Under the pieces are notes generated by a model, which was given only the letters and a program-made list of their open reading frames with translations, did not search any database and had not been told where the DNA came from. DNA of 64,000 nt from Vicugna vicugna (taxonomy: Eukaryota). Numbering within the stretch: position 1 is the first letter of the stretch; each line of letters begins with the position of its first letter. Both the position numbers and the translations under genes were made by a program. The stretch lies in NCBI GenBank assembly GCA_013265495.1, contig MU058478.1:523349-587348 (forward strand), given 5' to 3'. Below, one piece after another: positions 53,794-64,000 of the stretch.

Positions 53794-55343
53794 TATTCTC
53801 AAAATCCCAACTGCTAGTTAAAGGCTGAAGCTGGGAAGTCACAGCTCAGAGGATAAAGGTAATGAGAGCTATGAATGTCCCCTTCTTGACTAGTTCAGCC
53901 TTGTTCCTCCAATCCTAAAATCTTTACTGTCCTATTTAAATGAATCTGATGTCTTAACACACAACTGAAGAGTTTTTAGCCAAGGAAAGGAATCGGGAAG
54001 CCACAAATATATTTTGTTAGTATATATTAAATTTACATGAATTAAATTAAATTAAATTCACCCATCTGAAATTAAAAATCACATACAAACTGTGCATTCT
54101 AAGGATTTTTTTTTTCTTAAAGCCTTTCTGTCCCACAAACGGCGTAATCAGCGGGGGGTAAATACATGAAGTAGCTTGACAACAAAACCTTTCCCTTTAT
54201 CTCTGAAAAGGTAAAGAATGAAACAGGAGATGAAGAAAGCAGAGGAGGAAAGACAAGAAATGCGATGGTATAAATGTTTGAAATAAAAACAGCTCCTGGC
54301 CTGCACCTGTTTTTATGAATCACCCTCAAAGGGCCCCCGGTTAAGGCTGCTCCCCTCCTCTCACTGTTGAAAGGAACTGCCCTTCCCTGTCTTTGCTGCT
54401 GAAGATGCTCCTGGCCTTAATTATCTCCCAGTTCAAAATCCCTGATGCCCAGAGAGGCTTGACCCCAGACGCAGCACCTGCTGAGATGCGGGAGGGAACC
54501 GGCTCAGGTGCGCCGTGGTGACCGGCCCCCTGGGTACCAGGAGCCAGGAGGAAAGAGGATGGAGAGGGAGCTCAGTCTTCTGGGATTATTGATGCATCAG
54601 AAGCGTCCTCCTCCAGACATGCAACAGATTACAGGGACGAGCAGGGGCCAAGCCCGACTCACGGGGTCAAAAGATTAGCACTGAAATCCACAGGGCGCAA
54701 ATACCGTGCTGTTTCTGGTTAATAAGACGCCTGCGCCAGCCTGGGCGATCTGACCGTTTTTACTGCTTTCCTGAGACTGTCTCCTTGTGAACATTTCCCA
54801 TGGCATCTCTAAGTGTTCTCATCTCACGATGAAAATTGCAGCGACCCTCTGAGCACCGCACATTTCTGGCGTCCGAGAAAACGTATTATGACAATTAAAC
54901 TCCAGTTGTTAATCTCTGCCCATCCATACACGGATATTTGAGCCACCCGAAAATATATGAGGAAAGCAAAGGCTGAAAAAGAAAAATCAGTTTCCTGTTT
55001 CTTATTTAACTCGCATAATTGCATTTTGGTTGCATCATTTTAATATCGCAAGTGTCAGACGCCCTTTAGAAATGACAGTCTTTACCACCTTCCCATGCAT
55101 TTAACTACGAGATAAGTCAGCAAGTATTTGGATTACAGGCGTGTTCTCCAGCCTCTTGCCGTGATGATGGAAGTCCGTGGTTACCTTTAGCCTGACTTGA
55201 ACACTTTGTTCAATGACGAGAATTTGCCATCAGTCCGCATCAGCACCTCCTCAACTAATACAGTCCAGGCAGGTGAGTGGTGTATGTTCAAAACCCAGAC
55301 AGAGCCTGCAATGTCATCGTGTGTCCCAGGTTAGAAGGGCTCT

Positions 55344-55377
55344 GTGCGTGCTCTGTGTGTGTGTGTGTGTGTGTGTC
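55344..55377. repeat. (TG)n microsatellite
   Basis: Directly visible. Confidence 0.9.
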
Positions 55378-56297
55378 TGAAAGCAACATCCTTCGTTACT
55401 CAACGCCCAGGCAGTGGCAGCTGAGACCTAACTTGTGTCTAGAGAACAAAGCAAAACAAGAGGAGATTTTCTTTATTAGAGCAAGACCCTCTTGGATATG
55501 CCTGCTGCTTTTGTAAGCATGGGAACCCGTGGTGCCCTGGGTCTGCTTTTTGTTGGCAAAGCCGAACTCCGAAGGGCAGAAGAAGGCTGAGTTGGCAGAG
55601 GGCCCCCAAACGACCCGTCCCTTGGAAGGTGAGTCTTCTCCAATGGGTGGGGCTTGACCTGCCAGGGTCACGGGCAGGCAAGGGCTCACAAGAAGAATTC
55701 GCCATGGAAGAGGGTAGACGGAATTCCTTACGAGGACCCTAAGAGGGTCCCCCATGTATGGCCCATGGACGTGATGTCCCATGGTTGACTCAGTGATTCC
55801 CAGTCTGGTTGGTAATTTCACTTGAAAGAGGAAAGAATGCAATCCCCCATTAGCTACCCCCACACCCCACTCCCCCCACACACACCCCAACACACACACT
55901 CACCTCATGCATCAGGAATGTAAGCTCAGAGTGACTTTCACTAAAAACTCATTACATACTCATGTTATGGACACTAACCCGATCAATAATCTACCTCTGA
56001 TCACAGGCACTTCAATTGCATCACATTTTAGCTGATATAATTTCACGTCATGTCAAGTTATTTCTAGCTGTCCAGTTTCATGTTGTTGCTATTTCTATTG
56101 CGTTGCATTAGATGTCCAATTTACCAAAGTTGATTAGTTGTGAAATTAATATGAAAACATGACTATATTTTTACAGTTCCAAATACTTTTGAAAAAACAG
56201 TCAGCAGAATGGAAATGAAGATGGAAAGTGTGAAGCCACGTCAAGTGATACCTTCACTGTGAAACAAGCCACACAAGCAGAATGGAAAAGAATGGCG

Positions 56298-56912
56298 TCC
56301 AGAGGGAACCCTAACTCAAAAAGACACCTGCACCCCAATGTTCATAGCAGCACTATTTACAGTAGCCAAGACATGGAAACAGTCTAAATGTCCATTGACA
56401 GAAAATTGGATAAAGAGGTGGTGGTATATTTATACAGTGGAATACTACGCAGCCATAAAAAATGATAAAATAATGCCATTTGCAGCAACATGGATGGACC
56501 TGGAGATTATCATTCTAAGTGAAGTAAGCCAGAAAGAGAAAGAAAAATACCACATGATTATCACTTATATGTGGAATCTAAAAAAAAAAAATAACAAAGA
56601 CAAGTGAACTTATTTACAGAACAGAAACAGACTCAGACATAGAATACAGACTTGTGGTTCCCAGAGGGGAGGTGGGGAGATAAGGGATAAACTGGGAGTT
56701 TGAGATTTGCGGATACTGACTAGTATATATAAAATAGATAAACAAGATTATATTGTAAAGCACAGGGAAATGTATTCAATATCTTGTGGTAGCTCACAGT
56801 GACAAAGAATATGAAAATGAATATATGTACATTCATGTAGGACAGAAGCAGTGTGCTGGACACCAGACATTGACAAATTGTAAACTGACTATATCTCAAA
56901 AAGAAAAAAAAC
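56298..56912 (+). mobile_element. Young 5'-truncated L1
   Basis: MFIAALFTVAKTWKQSKCP...[28 protein letters not shown]. Confidence 0.95.
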
Positions 56913-58729
56913 CCAATAGTGTAATGAGGGAATCCACATGCAAACAACTGAAAACTGAATTTTATAGGGTAAGCGATCCATTTGCCTATAAATAGCCAGT
57001 GCGTGACTTTTTAAGAAACGGCTTTGCAATTAAAATAATGATAATAAATTAACCTTAAAAGTGTTCGTCATAATTTCTGTCTTGGATAGATGTGAAATAA
57101 TTTGTTCCAGTATAAATGAATGAATTGTGCTATTTAGGTAAGGAAGAAAAATCAAACAGCACAGCAATTGTCCATCGTTCCAATGTGCACAGCAGGTTAC
57201 ACTGCTGAGGAACTGAGTAAAAACCTTCATGGGGTGAGCAGTGCAAATTGTCCTAATGAATAGTGACCTCGGCGGTCCCCAGATTCTCTGCCTGTTCCCC
57301 GGTGGAAACATCTGGACGGATGTCAATATCAGGTTGATTTATCCTGGGTTCAGCACATCCACATTTTTCTGCTTCCCAGAGTTGAGTCTTACTGATACGA
57401 ATAATCAGTTACTTTTTACTCAATTATGTTTCGACAATTAGGCTCATGATTGCCATTGTTTCATGTTATTAAATATCATTGATATTTAATATCAATGTAT
57501 GATATAGATGCACCCAAAGATTTGTTTCAGAGAACAAAGTTGAATGCGTTGGGGGGAAAAACAAAATCCAAGAAATGTTCATCGCTAAAATCTTGCTGCC
57601 AAATTAAAGAAACAAATGTGAATGATGTAGGGACCCAGAAATCATAGAAATTTCGAAGTTCTGTGCAAGTTGATTGCTTTCTGAGTGTATTTTTGGTTCT
57701 CGACGCACTTTAAAAGAGTCCAAAGCCGGAAGTTATCAATGGCGCTTCATGGATGTGGTAACAAAGTGCACTGAAAGCCAGAATAGATCGTAATAAAAAA
57801 AATTACGGATCTCATCCATTCACCAAATACAACGAATGTCCACTCACATTTTTAAGTTAAACTAAGCATTTAATTACACAAATAACATTTTATTCCAAAT
57901 CTTAATTTACTTTTTCAATTAAATGAACAACTATTATGACATTACCAAATGAATCAGGCAGGCTTCCGCTATAATGTATTCATTGGGATTCCACACAAGT
58001 CAGGGGAAATATTATTTTAATGAATGACCGGGTTGTGTATTGATTGAGTGAATTCCATCCATCTGAACGAGTCATTCCGAACGTCACAGACGCATCCAAA
58101 AATAATGCAATGTTCTGGGCAGATCCGCCAACAGATGTGCAGGGTCAAATCAGAATTTCAGCATGCGTGAGGGGGACTGGCCTGATCACTGTGCTATCTA
58201 TACATTTTTGAAAGCCAGGCAGGAGAAAAATCCACGCGTAAGGAAAGCCATGCATCAGAGGCACACGTCCTGCGGGGGAACCCGTGCTGCGGGGGAAGCT
58301 GTGTTGCAGGAGAACTCATGCTGGCCGTGAACGCACATTGTGCGATGAATGATGCTACAGGTGAGCGTGTGGAGGAGGGAAGCCGTGCCCCTGGCAAAGG
58401 CACGGGAGGACCCATGTTAGAGGGAAGTCATGTGACAGCAGCTGCCAGGCCATGAGGACAGGATGCTTCAAGGGGAATCAACATACCTTACAACACATCC
58501 TCGAGAGTCCCTGCGATCTTTTTCCCAGCGTTAAAAATGTGACCAATGCTGCTGGAGAAACACATCCTCTCATTCAGGTAGGATGACTTATAAGCACAAA
58601 AATGGACTTCATTATTATTGGCATGTTACACGACCTGACGGAAGGCCAGCTCTGATGGCATTTGTGTCAATTGTTAAAAGTTGCAATAAAAAATAAATAA
58701 ATAAAAATGAATAAAAAGAAGGGTGACTT

Positions 58730-58910
58730 TTCGAGCACTTACTATCAGCCAGGCAGTGGATTTGCTCATCCCAACTTCAAAATAACCTGTAAGGTGGATC
58801 CTATTATTGTGCCCATTTTATAGATGAGGAAACTGAGGCAAAGTAGCTTGCTCAGAATAAGAATAACACATGAGAGACAGATCTTTGTCTCAAAATCAAA
58901 TTGCCTGGCA
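58730..58910 (-). mobile_element. MIR SINE
   Basis: cccattttatagatgaggaaactgaggca (MIR core). Confidence 0.85.
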
Positions 58911-60077
58911 ACCCCACATCTGCTTATCACCCTAATGCGAGCATGTTTCTCCCAGCCAGTCCGACCCACGGATGCTGCGTTGCCAGCTAGACAGACAGAC
59001 GGAAGGGAGGTCGCACCTGAAGAATGGACCTCGCACGCATCTTTGAAACAACATCTTTAAAAACGCCGGGAAAACCATTCCTGTAATTTCCAGTGACTAA
59101 CACACAGTCCTATTTCTCAGCGATAAATTCACCCCCTTGGGGAGCCCCAAAAGCCTGTGTGTCAAAATACCACATTTTTTTTTTTAACGTTGAGAGAAAG
59201 ATCACAGGGTTTCCTAAGAGGACTGAAGATTGCGGTCAATACTGTTGTCGCCAAGTGTGACAATCTCCCAGGTCGTAACGATTTCCCTCTTTCATTAGAG
59301 CAGAAAAGCCAACCACGATCGTGAGCCTTAAAACAAACTCGAGCAAAACTCAAAGCTACATCCAAGAACCAGAAGAGAGAAAAAAGGAACCCTCTTTCCA
59401 CCCCAGAGCCAGGACCTGGAAGACAGATTATAAAACCTCCTCTGTCTCCCAGCAATGATCAGTGACCCTGATCATTAGATTTTTTTTTTAATACTAGGTT
59501 TTATTTTTAATTATGTTAAATACTGTGATAGCTACTTTTTTTCTTCTCTCTTTGTCTACAACCCCAAACCAGCATTCTGGCTGGCTGACTCAGCTTGGCG
59601 TGTGGTCTGGTCTGTAAACCCCTCTGCGCTCCGGCTCTTGGACGTGTCATCGTTACGTTTCCATTCTGCGCACAAGTTCGAAGATGGAGTTCAGATGCAA
59701 GATTGGGTCCTTTGGACCAAGTGCCCCATGAGAACCAAAAAAATGGAAAGAAAATGGAGATGCCGGCAGCTAATTAAATGATTTTTGAAAGATGTGATCT
59801 GTTTGTAACCTAAAGTCACCCAACTGGTTCACAGATGAATTTGTGTGGATACGGAGAGAGCGACAAGGCGCTGGGACCTGCTTGCCCTGGCTCCCAAGAG
59901 TGAATTGCTCCTGTCACCTCCCAAGTCCTCATTCAGTGATGCCGTTTTGGGTGCTTGAAACCAGCCATGAAATCAGCAGATGCTGCAAATCAGGACTTTT
60001 TCTCCAGAAAAGCCAGTTGTTCAACATTTTAGCAGCTCACTGCAAATATCCATCTGTCTCCCTCTCTTTCTTTATTG

Positions 60078-60078
<1 letters not shown>

Positions 60079-60119
<41 letters not shown>

Positions 60120-60130
60120 CACACACACAC
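60079..60130. repeat. (CA)n microsatellite
   Basis: Directly visible, one interruption. Confidence 0.97.
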
Positions 60131-60264
60131 TGCCCTTTTCAATTCCAAACACTGACATCTGTCACTGGAACGCTTGGCCTGTGAGATTACCAGGTCAGTG
60201 TTAACCAACAACGTTAGCATCCTACACAGATATCGCCAAGGAGGGTATGAAATTTACCCTGCCA

Positions 60265-60866
60265 TTTTTTTTTCATTTTTTTGTAATTTTTTTCATTGAA
60301 GTATAGTTGGTTTACAATGTTGTGTTAATTTCTGGTGCACAGCACAGTGATTCACTTACACACACACATGTATATTCATTTTCATATTTTTTTCATTATG
60401 AACAATTACAAGGTATCCTTGTGCTGTACAGTAGGACCCTGTTGTTTATTTTGTATACAGTAGGGTGTGTCTGCCAATCCTAAACTCCCAGTTTATCCCT
60501 CCACCCTCCCTTCCCCACCTGTAACAGTAAATTAGTTTCCTATGTCTGTGAGTCTGTTTCTGTTTTTTAAATAAGTTCATTTTTGTCTTTTTTTCAAATT
60601 CCACATATGAGTGATATGTGGTGTTTTTCTTTCTCTTTTTGTCTTACTTCACTTAGAATGATAATCTCCAGGTCCATCTATGTTGCTGCAAATAGCATTA
60701 TTTTATCCTTTTTCGTGGCTGAGTAGTATTCCATTGTATAAATAGACCACGTCTTCTTTATCCAGTCATCTGTCGATGGACATTTAGGTTGTGCCCATGT
60801 CTTGCCTATTGTAAATAGTGCTGCTGTGACAACATTGGGGTGCAGGTGTCTTTTTGAGTTAGAATT
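60265..60866 (-). mobile_element. Young 5'-truncated L1
   Basis: [37 protein letters not shown]; polyT end. Confidence 0.95.
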
Positions 60867-61369
60867 TCTTACCAAAAGGAGCTCCCAGCACACACTGCTG
60901 ACCTCTGTCTCTTTCTAAGTCTTAATTACTCTTTGTGTATTATTCACCCCCATTTTCTATCCATGTTTCTTAGATTGTGAACTTTCCTAAGAAAGGGGGG
61001 AAGGTCATTGTTGCTTTAGTTTTTCTTACATCAAGGGAGCCCACAATAAATGCCCCATATTCCTTCTTGGCACCATCATGTAGCGCCAATCCTAAATATG
61101 ATGGTGAGTGGGGTCCATCATGTCCATGAATGTGGTAACTTCTATCTCTGTCTGCTGGCCTGCTGGCCTCAGGAACCCAAGTCATCTAGTTCAGTGGGAC
61201 CGTCACTGGTTATGCTGGTGGAAGAATTTCCCCTTCGAGACCAGGACAGAACCTGACCTATGGGCAATGGAATATTCAAGTTCTCTAAGTGCTGGAAATC
61301 CTGATCAGAAAGACCGATCCTGTTTCTACCTCGTGGTTCTCACACAGGTATATCATGGTCATTGAGACA

Positions 61370-61766
61370 CCACACCATGGGCCAGACTGGCAATTATATA
61401 CCTCCATCCTCCAAACCCACCCAAGAGCTTTATGAGATGGGCTGGGGGACCGTCCTCCTGGGCAAGGAGGGAGAGCATTTAACCCTGGTGCCATCTTTCT
61501 CCAGCCAAGCACGCCCTGCAGTTGCTGACTTCCCTGCACCAGGCATGGCCTCTGTCTTCCCGTGGCCACGTTTTCTCTGCACGTGCACATCAGTGTCTTC
61601 ACCTGGCCGTGTCAGGACACCAGTCACAAGATTTAAGACCCATGCTTCTCTGGGATGACCTCATCTTAAATAATTATGTCTGGAAAGACTCGACTGTCAA
61701 ATAAGGTTATATCCTGAGGTTCAATGGTTCGTGTGCTTTGGGGGAGACATTATTCAACCCAGCACA
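61370..61766 (-). mobile_element. MLT1 (ERVL-MaLR) LTR
   Basis: atgacctcatcttaaataatta...caaataaggttatatcctgagg...ggggagacattattcaacccagcaca. Confidence 0.8.
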
Positions 61767-63029
61767 GTCCTGTGAAGATTTGAGATGGAGAACAGGGGTG
61801 AAGGAAAATTAAAGACTCAGTTATCGTTAGGAGAATATTCTAGCATCTAATATATTGGCTATAGATTCACCCAAGTTCTGGATGGATTGAATATGAAGCC
61901 ATGGCATTTGATAAAACAATATCTCAGTTAAGTCTGTGTCCTTGGAAAAAGATAAAAGACTTTTTTTTTTCAGATCTAAGTAGACATACATAACAATCCC
62001 CTCTCGCTGCTCATCAAATCTGATTTCACGGGTCCATTTCACAGCAGATTTTTCTTTGGGGAAAATGTACTGACTGTATAAAAGTTATTCAAGATTTAAA
62101 TGTTTTCAGAGTGAGAGCCCAGGCCACAAGGACCTGTCTTTTTCTTGCCTTGATTCACATCTAATATTGTCAAAACTGCAAAGGCAGAAACATCTCGGTT
62201 TGCAGCCCCGGCTTCAGACCGTATATCTGAATATCAATTCTACCGAGAAAAAGTTACAAGGTAGAGATTCTCACTGGGTCTAACTAATCTACTTTGCTGA
62301 GCTAAATTGCTGGAGATTTAGCACAGAGCTTTACTGCAGTCTTCTAAGGGTAAAAAAAAAATCAGGTGCAGAGCAAATAAGATTAATGTCCCGGGCACCC
62401 CCATCTATTTCCTGGGCTTCACGTGGAGCATGCCATATTTTCTCTCTTGGTGCGACTTCAAAGAATTATCATATTTTAGAGTGAAAGTAATTGTCAGAGA
62501 GAATGGAAGTTCATTTCCACAGACGAGCTGGCTCCACGGGACCAGGAAGAGAGGGGCTTTCATTCATCTTTATTTGCATCCTCAAGGATGGCTGGAGGGA
62601 TGCGCGCAGAGATGGCGGGGCTTATGGTTGCCCAGATGTTCAGACAAACCCTTTGTCTCCCACTGCTGACACGTTAGGGTCTGCCGCCCTCCCAGCTGTG
62701 TTTGGACCGGAAACAAAGGGATGTAACTCTTAACGCTGACTCATGCGATGAGAAAGAGGAGGACGAGAGCTAATAATTAAACAGAGGTGCAAGATGTCAC
62801 ACGAGGCGCGTTACACCCCGATGTGCATACAGATTACGTATCATCACCAGCATTCTGTGCACGAGGAAATTTGCTCAAAGAAGCAAATAGTTATTCAGGA
62901 TGTGAACTAAAAGCCACTCTCTTCCTTTTACTCGTCTTTGACTCTTAGTAGAAGGAAGGTCCTAATGCCTTCTGCTAGAAAACATTTTTAAATATTTTAT
63001 GTACTTACTATTGTATCATTTTATTTTAT

Positions 63030-63149
63030 TTTATTTTACCTTGATGGGGGAGGTAATTTATTTATTTTTAGAGGAGGCACTGGGGATTGAACCCAGGACC
63101 TCAAGCGTGCTAAGCACGTGCTCTACCACTTGAGCATTACCCTCCTCCC
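63030..63149 (-). mobile_element. Vic-1-like tRNA-derived SINE
   Basis: ctggggattgaacccaggacctcaagcgtgctaagcacgtgctctaccacttgagc. Confidence 0.9.
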
Positions 63150-64000
63150 ATGAACATCACCAAAGCGTAGGAGATTGGGTAACGGTCAGGCTGGACTTTC
63201 AGAACTTAGACTTGAGAGCTTAAAAATGACTCATCCACAGTCGCTGAATTTTTGAGATCAAGAATGAAAGGCCAGAGAGGTAAACGTAGATGTTAGAAGT
63301 CACACAGCCACTTACAGGGAAAATCCTGGCCCCGGGCTCAATGATTGGCCTGTTCTAGAGGACCGCCATGTTGTCTGTGATGATGCCACACATGTGTGAA
63401 GTACCTGAAGCAGGGTTGAGTAATTAGACAATAAATAAAAAAGCACGGGAGTCTTTTGTTTTTTTTTTTTTTGGAAGATCGAGCCTGCTTCTGACACTTT
63501 ATGCCTGAGCCTCCAATCCAGAGAGCAGGTGATCATTGAATGGCTCTGGTAGCAGTTGGCTGGATTCCTCCCAGCTCAGAGCTCGCCTGTGCCAGGGAGC
63601 CCCTGCACCACCACCAACGCCGCTTGGGTGACGTCCCCAGGGCACCTCTGCTCTTTCCTGCAGCATATTCCGAAAGCCCTTCAGGTCCAGTTTTTATGTA
63701 ATTGCACCGTCTGATTAACAAAAGTGAAGGTGTCACTCAAGCTAAAATGTTGGCTGACAGATACATTGAGATGATTTTTGTGCCTAATGTATGAAAGTCC
63801 AAATTTGGTGAGCAAAAGTCAGAATATTAAGGGACAGTCTTTAAAGAAGTGCAATGCATATAAGAAAGACAGTACCCTAAATCCAACTGCACAGGGCGAT
63901 GCATCTGGACACATAACAGAAGGAAGACCCTGGCTTTCTGAGCGATAATTATTTACTTGCTGGGCAAAGCCAGACACATTCTTCAGAATATGTTTTTTTT

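Overview
Mammalian, repeat-rich genomic DNA with two assembly gaps (27111-27452, 48486-48692). The tRNA-derived SINEs (Vic-1-like) and young L1 3' ends point to a camelid (camel/alpaca); this is recognition by eye, not a database result. I found no host protein-coding gene, so the window looks intergenic or deep-intronic. It is dominated by 5'-truncated L1 copies, SINEs, MIR/L2, solo LTRs, a probable hAT remnant and large simple-sequence arrays. The most unusual segment is about 540-2840 on the minus strand. It holds one reading frame of about 283 codons, broken by 5 stops but no frameshift, encoding a type II membrane-like glycoprotein with C-type-lectin-like motifs. Downstream lie a 646-bp tandem duplication, a 38-bp repeat array and a retroviral-type polypurine tract. 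This may be a decayed ERV carrying an accessory gene unlike gag/pol/env. Repeat family names and most boundaries are approximate.
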